Shown piece after piece: positions 49,603 to 61,746 of a DNA stretch of 64,000 nt (position 1 is its first letter; each line of letters begins with the position of its first letter). The notes under the pieces were generated by a model, which worked only from the letters and a program-made list of their open reading frames with translations, was not told where the DNA came from and did no database searches. Origin of the DNA: Bacteroidota bacterium. Lineage in GTDB: Bacteria > Bacteroidota > Bacteroidia > Bacteroidales > VadinHA17. Both the position numbers and the translations under genes were made by a program. Where the stretch lies: the NCBI GenBank assembly GCA_012729475.1, contig JAAYDB010000159.1:10063-74062 (forward strand), given 5' to 3'.

Positions 49603-49821
49603 ATGGAAGAAGCACAGGCAGCGATTTCGCTATCAGCAATCGGAGCTAGTATTGCAGTTATAGGTGCAGGTTATGGTATAGGCCGGATCGGTGATTCAGC
49701 TATGGAAGCCATAGCCAGACAACCTGAAGCTGCAGGTAAAATACAGTTGGCAATGATCATCTCGGCAGCACTTATTGAAGGTGTTGCTCTGTTTGGCGTT
49801 GTTGTGGCTCTTATTGCCTGA
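49603..49821 (+). CDS. atpE: ATP synthase F0 subunit c (H+-type: IEGV, no Na+ ES/T signature)
   Basis: GAGYGIG, ARQPE, AALIEG. Confidence 0.97.
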   Translation: MEEAQAAISLSAIGASIAVIGAGYGIGRIGDSAMEAIARQPEAAGKIQLAMIISAALIEGVALFGVVVALIA

Positions 49822-49832
49822 AGAAACAAAAT

Positions 49833-49863
49833 GAGAACCTGTAACGGTTGGTTGCAGGTTCTC
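49833..49863 (+). other. Intercistronic stem-loop after atpE
   Basis: 13-bp stem GAGAACCTGTAAC/GTTGCAGGTTCTC (one G-U pair), loop GGTTG, no strong U-tract. Confidence 0.75.
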
Positions 49864-49892
49864 TTCATCAATTAATCATTAAAAAATAAGAT

Positions 49893-50411
49893 ATGATCCT
49901 AGTAGCCAGTAATAGTCTCACTACACCTGCAATTGGTACCATCTTCTGGGCTGTACTGATCTTTTCTCTTTTCTTTTTTGTCCTGGCAAAATTTGCATGG
50001 AAACCTATCCTGAGTATGATTAAGCAAAGGGAGGAATCTATCAAAGGTTCTCTCGCTGCAGCTGAAAAGGCAAGAAAGGATATGGTCAGACTACAGAGCG
50101 ACAATGAAGCTATAATAAAAAAGGCAAGAGAGGAACGTGAAATAATCCTTAAGGAAGCTAGAGATGTGAGAGAGAAACTTATAGCTGAAGCAAAAAACAA
50201 AGCTGTGATAGAAGCTGAAAAAATCGTTGAAGCAGCAAAAGCAGGGATAGAGAGAGAAAAAGCCAATGCCCTTTCCGATATACGCAGACAGGTTACCATC
50301 CTCTCTGTTGAAGTTGCATCAAAGTTACTTGGAGAAAAACTTAAAGCAACAGGAGAACAGGAAAAACTGATTGAAAAATATATCAAGGATGTAGAGTTGA
50401 ATAGTAATTAG
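49893..50411 (+). CDS. atpF: ATP synthase F0 subunit b
   Basis: GTIFW, LAKFAWKPIL...RE, long coiled coil. Confidence 0.96.
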   Translation: MILVASNSLTTPAIGTIFWAVLIFSLFFFVLAKFAWKPILSMIKQREESIKGSLAAAEKARKDMVRLQSDNEAIIKKAREEREIILKEARDVREKLIAEAKNKAVIEAEKIVEAAKAGIEREKANALSDIRRQVTILSVEVASKLLGEKLKATGEQEKLIEKYIKDVELNSN

Positions 50412-50426
50412 AAAGATGATCCTGTT

Positions 50427-50975
50427 ATGAATGAAAGCAAAATATCGGTAAGATACTCACGGGCACTTTTCTTTGCAGCTCTCGATAAAGACGTTCTCGA
50501 TAAGGTTTACGATGATATGAAACTGATTTTAGAGATCAGTTACATACCGGAATTCAGAGAATTGCTTGGGAATCCGGTAATCAGGCCTTCAAAAAAATCA
50601 CAGATAATTCATAATACTATCGGGAGTAATCTGGACAATCTCAGCTCTTCCCTTATCGATCTGGTGGTGAAAAATGGAAGAGAGAGTTACCTTCCTTCAA
50701 TAGCCAGGGTTTTTATAAGCCAGACCAAGGAACACAAAGGAATAACAGAAACAGTGCTTACCACTGCAGTTAAGGTGGATGAGAAAATAAAACAACAAAT
50801 ATCCGCTTTCATCAGCGATTCAATGAACTCAAAAGTTGAATTAAATGAAATTGTCGACGAAGATATTATCGGTGGATTTATGCTGAGAATAGAAGATAAA
50901 TATCTTGATGCAAGTATAAAAAGTAAGTTAAACAAGATTAAAAAAGAGCTGTTGGCCACTAAGCTTACAGATTAA
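50427..50975 (+). CDS. atpH: ATP synthase F1 subunit delta
   Basis: RYSRAL, NP, TTAV, IIGGF...DASI. Confidence 0.96.
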   Translation: MNESKISVRYSRALFFAALDKDVLDKVYDDMKLILEISYIPEFRELLGNPVIRPSKKSQIIHNTIGSNLDNLSSSLIDLVVKNGRESYLPSIARVFISQTKEHKGITETVLTTAVKVDEKIKQQISAFISDSMNSKVELNEIVDEDIIGGFMLRIEDKYLDASIKSKLNKIKKELLATKLTD

Positions 50976-51013
50976 AAACATAATTAATATATCAGAATTT
51001 TAAGAAAAATAAT

Positions 51014-52597
51014 ATGGCAAATATTAAACCAGCAGAAGTATCCGCTATTCTCCGGAAGCAATTGGAAGGCATCCAGACAGGTGTTGAACTGGAAGAAGTA
51101 GGGACAGTCCTTCAGGTTGGTGATGGCATAGCACGTATATACGGATTGTCAAATGCCGAATCCAATGAGCTTTTGGAATTCGAAAATGGTATTGAGGCTA
51201 TTGTACTCAATCTTGAGGAAGATAATATCGGAGCAGTACTTCTGGGTCCCACAGAGGAAATCAACGAAGGAGATATTGTAAAGAGGACTGGTAAAATAGC
51301 TTCCATTGAAGTAGGAGAAGGGCTGCTTGGCCGTGTTGTAACTACTACCGGTCAGCCGCTTGACGGGAAAGGTCCTATTGAAGGCAAACTCTATACCATG
51401 CCTTTTGAAAGAAAAGCTCCGGGAGTGATCTTCCGCCAACCGGTAAAACAACCTCTCCAAACAGGAATAAAAGCCATTGATGCCATGATACCTATAGGAA
51501 GAGGTCAGAGAGAACTTATTATCGGTGACCGTCAGACTGGTAAGACAGCAATAGCTATTGACACAATAATAAACCAACGCAGTAACTACGAAAAAGGCAA
51601 ACCGGTCTTTTGTGTTTATGTTGCTGTAGGACAAAAAGGGTCTACTGTTGCCAATATAGCCAAGACACTTGAAGAACATGGGGCTTTGAAATATACCGTG
51701 ATAGTTCTTGCTACAGCATCAGATCCTGCAGCATCACAGTTCTATGCCCCCTTTGCCGGAGCTGCTATAGGTGAATTCTTCAGAGATACAGGACGTGACG
51801 CTCTGGTTATATATGATGATCTGTCCAAACAGGCAGTGTCGTACCGTGAGGTCTCTCTTTTGCTCCGCAGACCCCCCGGAAGAGAAGCCTATCCGGGAGA
51901 TGTATTCTACCTGCACTCACGTCTGCTGGAAAGAGCTGCCAAAATAATTGAATCAGAAGAAGTGGCTGTGCAAATGAACGACCTGCCCGAATCAATAAGG
52001 CATATGGTTAAAGGGGGAGGATCACTCACTGCATTACCCATTATCGAAACACAGGCAGGTGACGTCTCTGCCTATATACCTACCAACGTCATCTCAATAA
52101 CCGACGGCCAGATATTTCTCGAATCTTCCCTGTTTAATGCAGGTGTCCGGCCGGCTATCAATGTTGGAATATCTGTCTCACGTGTGGGAGGTAATGCCCA
52201 GATAAAATCAATGAAGAAAATTGCAGGAACTCTAAAGGTCGACCAGGCCCAGTACAGAGAATTGGAAGCTTTTTCAAAATTCGGTTCCGACCTTGATGCC
52301 ACAACAATGGCAGTGCTCAATAAAGGAGCCAAGAATGTGGAGATACTTAAACAAGGCCAGTATTCACCTATGCCGGTAGAAAAACAAGTAGCAATAATAT
52401 TCTGTGGTACAATGGGGCTGCTAAAAAATGTGCCGGTTGACAGAGTAAAAGAATTTGAAAAAGAATATCTGGAGTACCTGGAACTTAAACACAGGGATCT
52501 GCTCGACAGTCTCCGTGACGGTGTACTGAGTAATGATATAACACACACAATGGAACAAGTGGCAACTGAACTGGCTGAGAAATACAAACCCGAATAA
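51014..52597 (+). CDS. atpA: ATP synthase F1 subunit alpha
   Basis: [35 protein letters not shown]. Confidence 0.99.
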   Translation: MANIKPAEVSAILRKQLEGIQTGVELEEVGTVLQVGDGIARIYGLSNAESNELLEFENGIEAIVLNLEEDNIGAVLLGPTEEINEGDIVKRTGKIASIEVGEGLLGRVVTTTGQPLDGKGPIEGKLYTMPFERKAPGVIFRQPVKQPLQTGIKAIDAMIPIGRGQRELIIGDRQTGKTAIAIDTIINQRSNYEKGKPVFCVYVAVGQKGSTVANIAKTLEEHGALKYTVIVLATASDPAASQFYAPFAGAAIGEFFRDTGRDALVIYDDLSKQAVSYREVSLLLRRPPGREAYPGDVFYLHSRLLERAAKIIESEEVAVQMNDLPESIRHMVKGGGSLTALPIIETQAGDVSAYIPTNVISITDGQIFLESSLFNAGVRPAINVGISVSRVGGNAQIKSMKKIAGTLKVDQAQYRELEAFSKFGSDLDATTMAVLNKGAKNVEILKQGQYSPMPVEKQVAIIFCGTMGLLKNVPVDRVKEFEKEYLEYLELKHRDLLDSLRDGVLSNDITHTMEQVATELAEKYKPE

Positions 52598-52639
52598 AGC
52601 GGCACAATTCTTTTTTGATGTAGTAAGATTGAACGTAAA

Positions 52640-53524
52640 ATGGCGAATTTAAAAGCAATAAGAGTAAGAATAAGTTCTGTAAAATCAACCCGGCAGATAA
52701 CTTCAGCCATGAAAATGGTGTCGGCAGCAAAACTACGCAGAGCACAGGATAAAATTGTTCAACTAAAACCTTATGTAGCTAAATTACAGGAAATTCTTAC
52801 AGGTATTAACCAGAATCCCGGAGAAAACGAAGCAGAAAATATTTATGGAAGGATATCTGAACCCGAAAAGATATTGCTTGTGGTAATTACTTCCAACAGA
52901 GGATTGTGCGGAGCTTTTAATTCAACTGTTATCAAAGAGACCAGAAGACTGATATCTGAAAAATACAATGACCAGTTCCGGCAGGGAAATTTAACACTGC
53001 TCCCAATAGGAAAAAAAGGATACGATTATTTCAGAAAGCTGGATATTAACATGCTTCATCAACGAAATGATATTTTTAATGACCTTACATTCACTAATGT
53101 GGTAAGTGTTGCAGAGAATGTGATGGCGGGTTTTGCAGCCGGTGATTATGACAGGGTGGAGATCATTTATAACCAGTTTAAAAATGCTGCAGTACAGTAT
53201 ATCACTGATGAGACCTTCCTTCCTGTGGAAGCAGCACCTTCGGATGATGATACTACAATAAACACTGATTATATTTACGAACCTACCAAAACAGAAATAG
53301 TTAAAGAACTGATACCCAAAGCGCTTAAGATACAATTTTATAAAGCTGTTCTGGATTCCTTTGTTGCTGAACATGGAGCACGTATGACCGCCATGCATAA
53401 AGCAACAGACAATGCCACAACCATGATAAGAGATCTGACCCTGCAATATAACAAAGCACGACAGGCTTCTATTACAAATCAGATACTCGAAGTGGTGAGC
53501 GGCGCAGAAGCACTTAAGGGTTAA
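52640..53524 (+). CDS. atpG: ATP synthase F1 subunit gamma
   Basis: QITSAMKMVSAAK, RGLCGAFN, EHGARMTAM, YNKARQASIT. Confidence 0.98.
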   Translation: MANLKAIRVRISSVKSTRQITSAMKMVSAAKLRRAQDKIVQLKPYVAKLQEILTGINQNPGENEAENIYGRISEPEKILLVVITSNRGLCGAFNSTVIKETRRLISEKYNDQFRQGNLTLLPIGKKGYDYFRKLDINMLHQRNDIFNDLTFTNVVSVAENVMAGFAAGDYDRVEIIYNQFKNAAVQYITDETFLPVEAAPSDDDTTINTDYIYEPTKTEIVKELIPKALKIQFYKAVLDSFVAEHGARMTAMHKATDNATTMIRDLTLQYNKARQASITNQILEVVSGAEALKG

Positions 53525-53564
53525 AAAAAGAGGGTCTTAATAATCAAAAGACTCCAAAAAAGCC

Positions 53565-54542
53565 ATGTATAACCAGTCGGAATTAAGAGAGATAGTCAAT
53601 AAAACACTGGTGAATATCTCTTATAATAGTGAAGCCCCAAGATTGATAGATCCTGTGAGGTATATCATTTCTATGGGAGGAAAAAGGATCCGTCCGGTCA
53701 TTACTCTGATGGCCTGTAACCTCTTTAACGATAAAATAGATAATGCTGTGTTTCCTGCTGCAGGTCTGGAAATATTCCATAACTTCACTCTTGTTCATGA
53801 CGATATAATGGATCAGGCCGACGTACGAAGAGGATTCGAAACAGTCCATAGCAAATGGAATATCAACCAGGCAATAATCTCGGGAGATGTAATGGCCTTT
53901 ATTGCAAATGAATGCTTTATGCTTGCTCCCCCTGATCTCGTTCTGAATGTTTTCAAAGTATTCAATAAAGCCGCAATAGAGGTATGTGTAGGCCAGCAAA
54001 TGGATATTGATTATGAAAAAGCTGCCATAGTATCACAGGAAGAATATCTCAGAATGATTGAACTGAAGACTGCTTCGCTCCTGGCGGCTTCTGTCAGGAT
54101 AGGGGCACTCATAGGCGGAGCAAACGAAAAAGATACAGGCCTGCTTTATGATTTTGGGAAAAACATAGGAGTAGCTTTTCAGATACAGGACGATTTACTG
54201 GATATATGGGGTGATACCAAAATGTTTGGCAAATCAAAAGGAGGAGATATTACTGCAAACAAAAAAACATTCCCTCTGATAAAAGCTTTTGAAACAGCTT
54301 CCGGGGAGGTAAAAAAACAACTCCATCTGCTCTTTTCAGGAACAGAAACCATCGATCCTGAAGAAAAAATCAGACAGGTGACAGAAATATATGACCAATT
54401 AAAGATAAGAGAGATAACAGAAAACCTCGCTGAAGATTATATCGATAAAGCCTTCCAAATCCTTCATCAGGTCAGTATTGGCGAAGAAAGAAAAAAAGAG
54501 ATTTCAAAACTTGCTTCTTCACTAATAGGACGCAGAAGCTAA
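53565..54542 (+). CDS. Polyprenyl diphosphate synthase (IspA/GGPP synthase-like)
   Basis: GGKRIRP, LVHDDIMD..RRG, GQQMD, LKT, FQIQDDLLD. Confidence 0.93.
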   Translation: MYNQSELREIVNKTLVNISYNSEAPRLIDPVRYIISMGGKRIRPVITLMACNLFNDKIDNAVFPAAGLEIFHNFTLVHDDIMDQADVRRGFETVHSKWNINQAIISGDVMAFIANECFMLAPPDLVLNVFKVFNKAAIEVCVGQQMDIDYEKAAIVSQEEYLRMIELKTASLLAASVRIGALIGGANEKDTGLLYDFGKNIGVAFQIQDDLLDIWGDTKMFGKSKGGDITANKKTFPLIKAFETASGEVKKQLHLLFSGTETIDPEEKIRQVTEIYDQLKIREITENLAEDYIDKAFQILHQVSIGEERKKEISKLASSLIGRRS

Positions 54543-55120
54543 TCAGAAGCCGATGCTTCATTACTGATCAGCCAGTCAATGTTGAAAAGCACCCCGGCAT
54601 TGAACATGAATTGATCATATTTGCTGATAATATATTTTGCCTCAACAAAAAAGTCAAATTGATCAGTGATTTTCATTAAGGTACCCGCTCCAATATTTAA
54701 ACCGAGAGCATTATCATTTTCACGAAAAACATCAATTCCAGGTGCTTTTGTCTTTTCCCAGGCCATAAGTATGTTCAGTCCTGCAAGTCCGTAAAACTCA
54801 TAATTATCGTAATAATTAAACACATAGTGGCCGTTAATATCAAACATGGCTGATGAAATCACCATCTTGTAGTCATCACTACTCTTAGTAACATTAGGCA
54901 GGAAAACAGTAAAGGAAGGAGAGATATGGATCATATCGTTTATCTCATAGCTGCCTGTTAAAAAAGCTGCTATATGACCGCTGCGGTAATCAGAATGTTC
55001 ATAGTTGTTAAAATAAAATCCTGATCCATACGCCAGCCCTCCTCCGGCTTTCATCACCTGTGCCTTCATAAAAGGCATGGCAGCTATTATCAGTAATAAA
55101 AAAAGTGTCGTTCTTTTCAT
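54539..55120 (-). CDS. Outer membrane beta-barrel protein (OmpA-TM/porin-like)
   Basis: Signal peptide ending KA-Q; YGLAG, GLNIGAG, FVEAKY strands. Confidence 0.75.
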   Translation of the reverse strand: MKRTTLFLLLIIAAMPFMKAQVMKAGGGLAYGSGFYFNNYEHSDYRSGHIAAFLTGSYEINDMIHISPSFTVFLPNVTKSSDDYKMVISSAMFDINGHYVFNYYDNYEFYGLAGLNILMAWEKTKAPGIDVFRENDNALGLNIGAGTLMKITDQFDFFVEAKYIISKYDQFMFNAGVLFNIDWLISNEASASD

Positions 55121-55276
55121 TTTTTCAGGTATAAAATTATAAGCATCCGGGTGATAGAAATATAAAGGTAAATTAATATGAATAACAAATCAAGAAGAAA
55201 ATGATCACAGGTAAAAATTAATTACATAATGTTACTTTTAATCGTTTAAACTAAGGAATTCATCTGCAAAAATTAT

Positions 55277-55284
55277 TACTTTTG
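55277..55284 (+). promoter_or_regulatory. -7 box TACTTTTG for atpD-atpC
   Basis: Exact TAnnTTTG match 33 nt upstream of atpD. Confidence 0.6.
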
Positions 55285-55287
55285 TAA

Positions 55288-56826
<1,539 letters not shown>

Positions 56827-56930
56827 TTAATTAACCGGATGTAACTTACATGAGTAGCAACTCACAAAGGTAAATGATTATTTGGTTCATATAAGTTCCA
56901 TTCGGCAAATGAAATAATAATTAAATTCTT

Positions 56931-57182
56931 GTGAAAATAGAGATCATTACTCCTGACAAAAAGATATATCAGGGAGATATCAGATCGATCAGAATCCCGG
57001 GGAAAAAGGGTTCCTTCCAGGTACTTAAAGACCATGCACCAATTATTTCCACTTTGGTGAAGGGACCTGTAATCATTGTTGATCAGGAAAATAAAGAGAT
57101 CAGATTCGACATCGAAGAGGGAGTGATTGAAGTAAAGCAGAATAAAATAATCCTGCTTGCTGAATCAGTCATAGAAAACTGA
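56931..57182 (+). CDS. atpC: ATP synthase F1 subunit epsilon (short, N-terminal beta domain only)
   Basis: IEIITPD, PG..GSFQVL.DHAPIISTL; 83 aa; GTG start. Confidence 0.94.
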   Translation: MKIEIITPDKKIYQGDIRSIRIPGKKGSFQVLKDHAPIISTLVKGPVIIVDQENKEIRFDIEEGVIEVKQNKIILLAESVIEN

Positions 57183-57188
57183 TCAGAT

Positions 57189-58607
57189 ATGACAATTGAA
57201 GAGTTTCGTAAAAATGCCCATGATCTTGTCGACTGGATGGCCGGCTATCTGGAGAATGTTGAAGATTATCCGGTAAAATCACAGGTCAGACCCGGGGAAA
57301 TATTTTCTAAATTACCTGATCAGCCTCCATCAAAAGGAGAACTTTTCAGTAATCTTGTACAGGATCTGGAAGAAATAATTATTCCGGGTATAACACACTG
57401 GCAAAGCCCGAATTTCTTTGCATATTTCCCCTCTAACTCAAGTCCTCCTTCAGTACTGGCAGAAATGATAATAGCTACCCTGGGAGCCCAGTGTATGAAT
57501 TGGGAAACATCTCCCGCTGCTGCCGAACTTGAAGAAAAAATGATGATTTGGCTGAGAGATATGATCGGCCTTCCTGCTGATTTTGAGGGAGTAATACAGG
57601 ACTCTGCATCAACAGCCACCTTGGCTGCTATCATTACTGCAAGAGAAAAAACCAGCAACTTTGAAATAAATAATAAGGGTTATTATTCGACCGCAAAACT
57701 GAGGGTTTATGCATCGGAACAAACACATTCATCCGTCGAAAAAGGGATAGGAATAAGTGGTATTGGAAAAGACAATCTGGTTAAAGTAGCAGTGAAAGAG
57801 GATTTCTCAATGGATCCCCAAAAGCTTGCCCAGGCTGTTGAGGAAGATAAAAAGAAGGGTTATATCCCTTGCTGCGTTATTGCAACCATAGGTACAACCG
57901 GAACAACGGCCATCGATCCCCTGAAAGAGATAGGCCAAATATGCAGGAAAAACAATATATGGCTTCATGTTGATGCTGCTATGGCAGGTAATGCACTGAT
58001 ACTTCCCGAACTCCAGTGGATGATAGAGGGAAAGGAATATGTCGACAGCTTCCTTTTCAACCCGCATAAATGGTTGTTCACCAATTTTGACTGTTCTGCT
58101 TTTTTCATCAGGGATGCAGATACTCTCATAAGAACATTCGAAATATTGCCTGAATATCTTAAGACGAGGACCAGAGGTGAGGTAAATGACTATCGCGACT
58201 GGGGAATACCTCTGGGCAGAAGGTTCAGAGCACTTAAACTGTGGAGTGTGATCAGATCGTACGGAACTGAAGAACTTCAGAATAAGATAAGAAACCATAT
58301 CAGATATGCTTCGGAACTCGAGAAAATGATACGGAAAGAACCTGATTTTGAAATTCTGGCTCCCGTAGTGATAAATGTTGTCTGCTTCAGATATATTCCG
58401 TCAGGACTTGATGAGAAAAAACTTAACACCATAAATGAAAAACTCAACCATTTATTGAACGATAGCGGGAAAATTTACTTGTCACATACAGTGCTTAACG
58501 GAAAATATACTCTCAGAATGGTAACCGGACAAACAAATGTCACTTTAGATCATGTCTCAAAAGCCTGGGATCTGATAAAAACTACGGCACATTCAGTTGA
58601 TATCTGA
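57189..58607 (+). CDS. PLP-dependent aromatic-L-amino-acid decarboxylase family (group II)
   Basis: PGITHWQSPNFFAYFP, SPAAAELE, HSSVEK, WLHVDAA, NPHKW, PEYL, LGRRFRALKLW. Confidence 0.93.
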   Translation: MTIEEFRKNAHDLVDWMAGYLENVEDYPVKSQVRPGEIFSKLPDQPPSKGELFSNLVQDLEEIIIPGITHWQSPNFFAYFPSNSSPPSVLAEMIIATLGAQCMNWETSPAAAELEEKMMIWLRDMIGLPADFEGVIQDSASTATLAAIITAREKTSNFEINNKGYYSTAKLRVYASEQTHSSVEKGIGISGIGKDNLVKVAVKEDFSMDPQKLAQAVEEDKKKGYIPCCVIATIGTTGTTAIDPLKEIGQICRKNNIWLHVDAAMAGNALILPELQWMIEGKEYVDSFLFNPHKWLFTNFDCSAFFIRDADTLIRTFEILPEYLKTRTRGEVNDYRDWGIPLGRRFRALKLWSVIRSYGTEELQNKIRNHIRYASELEKMIRKEPDFEILAPVVINVVCFRYIPSGLDEKKLNTINEKLNHLLNDSGKIYLSHTVLNGKYTLRMVTGQTNVTLDHVSKAWDLIKTTAHSVDI

Positions 58608-58614
58608 GATATTT

Positions 58615-61524
58615 TTATAAACGGGATCTTCCGATATTCATCCCAAAAATATCCATATTGAAAAGAAATTCAATAACAGGAGATCTTTCATCCTGTTTCC
58701 ACGATGAGCGTATACCTGCAGAAATCATATAAGGCAGGCGCAGAACATAAAAATCTGCCATCAGCTCAATGCCCAGGGAATTAAATGTTTCGCGGGATTC
58801 ACGATAGTCGCTGACTACAAGTGAACCCATTTCATTTCTCCTGAAATAATAGTTGCCTTTTCCAATGGCATGATCGTAAAAGAAACCTGTTCGTATCCTG
58901 GTAAGATAGAATAAACTGAGAAGGTTAATATCGGGGTAAACAAGAGGCATAACATAATCGGCCGACAAGACATGAAGTTCTTCTGATACCTGATCCTTGT
59001 ACCCGCGGGGTAAATTAATCCTGTTCCACATTGTAACCTGTTCCACATACTGTTTATCAGCTTCATAACCAAGTCTTATTCCGTTGTTTTTAAGTATACC
59101 GGGAAAATAAAGAGCTGTCCGGAGTGTTAAGGAAGAACCGTAAATATCTCTGTCGAAAGGGAAAAAAGAATAATTGAAGTCAAAAATATGAGCTATTCTG
59201 GGGTAGATGTCGCGGACAGAAGATCTATGGTAATTGGCAAAATAAAATCTGGCCGCTATTTCAGTCTGACCGTAATCATACACAGTATCATCTTTGACAT
59301 ATAATATATATCTGTTCTGGTAATTAGCAGATAGTGAAGGGCGTAAATACTGATAAAAGCGGCCTGTTGAAAAAGTAAGAGGAACAGACAGGGTATTTGA
59401 AAAGACCAGACCGGGATTTATACTGATGGGATCAGCAAGATCTTCTCCCGATTGTGTTCTGAAGACATTATTTTCATGACCATAATGGATACCTGATTCT
59501 AACACAGGATACCATCCCTGCCATTTTATCCGGGAATGAAATTTATGTCTTCCGTCAGTGTATTCATATCCCAGAGAGCTTATTAAAGTACTTAAATGAT
59601 TTTGGCTGAATAAAGTAAATCCTGGTCTGATTGAAGCCGGGTCAGCTTTTACTTCTTCTATATCGGCATAGAAAGGCATCCAGCTGTGGAATCCGAAGAG
59701 ATGCTGCCATTTATGGTATGGCCGGGGAGTGTATATTTTTTCAGGATGCCCGGTGACATTATTCTTTTCGGGTATACTGACCTTTGTTACAAGAGATGCT
59801 GAGCCCTTGTTAACTATAGTATCCCAGGGATAGGTATTATCCATACTTACAGAACAAATATTATTACCTGAAGCAGTATAATCACAAAATAGTATTCTTC
59901 CTTTATGAACAAAAGGATCAATAGCTCCGAACTGTGAATTTGTGATACCTGAAACTTTCCCGTCAGGTGATTGAACATAGATATTCTCTGTACCGGATGC
60001 CGAACTTACAAAAAACAATGAATCATTTCGAAGAAATGACGACTGATAATCAGTCGGGCTATTATCAATGAGGTTTTCCCATCTCTGCCGTGAGATACTG
60101 AAGGAACATATTCCTTCTCCTTCCTTTGTAAGAGAAATAAAAGTGATCTCTGAACCATCGTCTGACCATTGGGGACGTTGAAGATGCATATTACCGGGCG
60201 TGGTGAAAGTGCCTGTTATTTTACTGCTCTGGACATCAATAAAAACAAGTTTTGTAATGTTGCCGGCACTGTTTTCAACAGCAGCTATTGTCCTGCCATC
60301 AGGTGAAAGGGAAGCTGCCATGTACCTGGACTTCCATGTTAATTGTTGTACCGTTCCGTCACGCACATCCATCATCTTTATGACAGAATAATTCCTGTTG
60401 TCCCATCTGGGGTCAAACTGTGTCTCAACCCATACAAGCAATGATTTTGCAGCCGAAATAAACAAGGGGTAGATGTTACCCGGGACATGTATTTTTTTTT
60501 CTGACCGGTCGGAAGTATTGATCAGAACGAAACGGGGAGGATCAGCCATAGAGGTTCTGATGGCTGCTATGGTAGTATCGGAGATAAAAACCGGAGAAAA
60601 ATAACTGATATACTGCTTCTTTGTCCGCACATTCAGAGGTTCGAAAGGTTGTGCTCCCGAGCTTCTTACTTCTTCGTTCCATAACAGCCGGAGAGTGTCA
60701 AAGGTTTCTTTAAAAAGTTTCTTTTTTGTCTGTCCGGTATTCCTTAACAGGCTGATATTTACAGGATCAATAAGAAAAGGAAGATCGGCTGTTGTCTTAA
60801 GTACTTTATTCCAGGTAGATAAGCCGTATTTAAGATGAGCCAGAGTCACTGCCTGCGAGCCTGTCTGATAATAATCGGGAACATAATGTCTGAAAGAGCC
60901 ATTTACCAGTTTGTCATATTTGTACATGCTGTTGTTTTCCACCGAAATAGCCTTGAGTTGTTTCTGGAAGGAAGCACTTCGTCCTCGCCCCGATTCAGTG
61001 AGAGCTGATTCGGCAAAAACAGCATCTCCCTCAAGATACCATAGAGGAAGAAAAGCTGCCATAGCTCCGGGAAACTGTTGCCCGAAAAATAATGACATTG
61101 CTTTCGAGAATCCGGTATTAAGGGCTTCCATCTGCATGACATGGGTAAGTTCATGCAAGGCAAGTTGCCTGTTATTGTCAAGAGGAATGGTGTTTTGTTC
61201 AGGAGTGGGGTATATCTCCATCCGCTTTGGAGCCCAGGCAACATATCCGTTCGACTGTGTTGTATGGTTGTGAATAATTACAGGGATCCGGAATCTCTTC
61301 TCCGGGAAAATACGGGTCAGATCATTATAAGCTTTATCCAGTGACCGCGCAAATTCAATACCGTTTATTCCATAAGTCTCAGGATATATTACCCTGAACC
61401 TGTCTGTTTTTATCTGAAGCCATCTTAATGATGCAGGATCCTGCCCTGTTTCATAATACTGCCCTGATACAGGTAAAGCAAACAACAGGAAGAAAAATAT
61501 ATATATGATACTACGGATTCTCAT
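58615..61524 (-). CDS. Large exported protein: HExxH zincin-like domain, TolB/PD40-like propeller and probable C-terminal beta-barrel
   Basis: Signal peptide, ALHELTH and WYLEG, SLSPDGR / PQWSDDG repeats, amphipathic C-terminal strands. Confidence 0.65.
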   Translation of the reverse strand: MRIRSIIYIFFFLLFALPVSGQYYETGQDPASLRWLQIKTDRFRVIYPETYGINGIEFARSLDKAYNDLTRIFPEKRFRIPVIIHNHTTQSNGYVAWAPKRMEIYPTPEQNTIPLDNNRQLALHELTHVMQMEALNTGFSKAMSLFFGQQFPGAMAAFLPLWYLEGDAVFAESALTESGRGRSASFQKQLKAISVENNSMYKYDKLVNGSFRHYVPDYYQTGSQAVTLAHLKYGLSTWNKVLKTTADLPFLIDPVNISLLRNTGQTKKKLFKETFDTLRLLWNEEVRSSGAQPFEPLNVRTKKQYISYFSPVFISDTTIAAIRTSMADPPRFVLINTSDRSEKKIHVPGNIYPLFISAAKSLLVWVETQFDPRWDNRNYSVIKMMDVRDGTVQQLTWKSRYMAASLSPDGRTIAAVENSAGNITKLVFIDVQSSKITGTFTTPGNMHLQRPQWSDDGSEITFISLTKEGEGICSFSISRQRWENLIDNSPTDYQSSFLRNDSLFFVSSASGTENIYVQSPDGKVSGITNSQFGAIDPFVHKGRILFCDYTASGNNICSVSMDNTYPWDTIVNKGSASLVTKVSIPEKNNVTGHPEKIYTPRPYHKWQHLFGFHSWMPFYADIEEVKADPASIRPGFTLFSQNHLSTLISSLGYEYTDGRHKFHSRIKWQGWYPVLESGIHYGHENNVFRTQSGEDLADPISINPGLVFSNTLSVPLTFSTGRFYQYLRPSLSANYQNRYILYVKDDTVYDYGQTEIAARFYFANYHRSSVRDIYPRIAHIFDFNYSFFPFDRDIYGSSLTLRTALYFPGILKNNGIRLGYEADKQYVEQVTMWNRINLPRGYKDQVSEELHVLSADYVMPLVYPDINLLSLFYLTRIRTGFFYDHAIGKGNYYFRRNEMGSLVVSDYRESRETFNSLGIELMADFYVLRLPYMISAGIRSSWKQDERSPVIEFLFNMDIFGMNIGRSRL

Positions 61525-61746
61525 TCTTTGTAATACTGCATAAAAATAACAAATAATGTGAGTTATATGATTGAGACAATGGTAAGAAAAAATTAAGTAC
61601 TTTAGTCATCTGATCTGATGACTTGTTCCATCAGGAGAATTGAAACAGGCTGAAACATACATGAGTAATAGAAACTTACAAAAGGCACTGATAGTTTAAT
61701 CCATGTAAGTTTGAAGCGGTTACAGAGTGAAGAAAATTTTACACGT

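Noticed and set aside
49819..49875. atpE TGA followed by a hairpin, resembling a selenocysteine codon with SECIS
   Set aside because: Subunit c is already complete at this stop, and the read-through peptide is short and featureless; an mRNA stability element is the simpler explanation.
61600..61705. Short inverted repeats upstream of DUF2723 (AGTCATC/GATGACT, AAACTTACA/TGTAAGTTT) as a riboswitch or sRNA
   Set aside because: Arms are short and AT-rich, with no recognisable aptamer motif.
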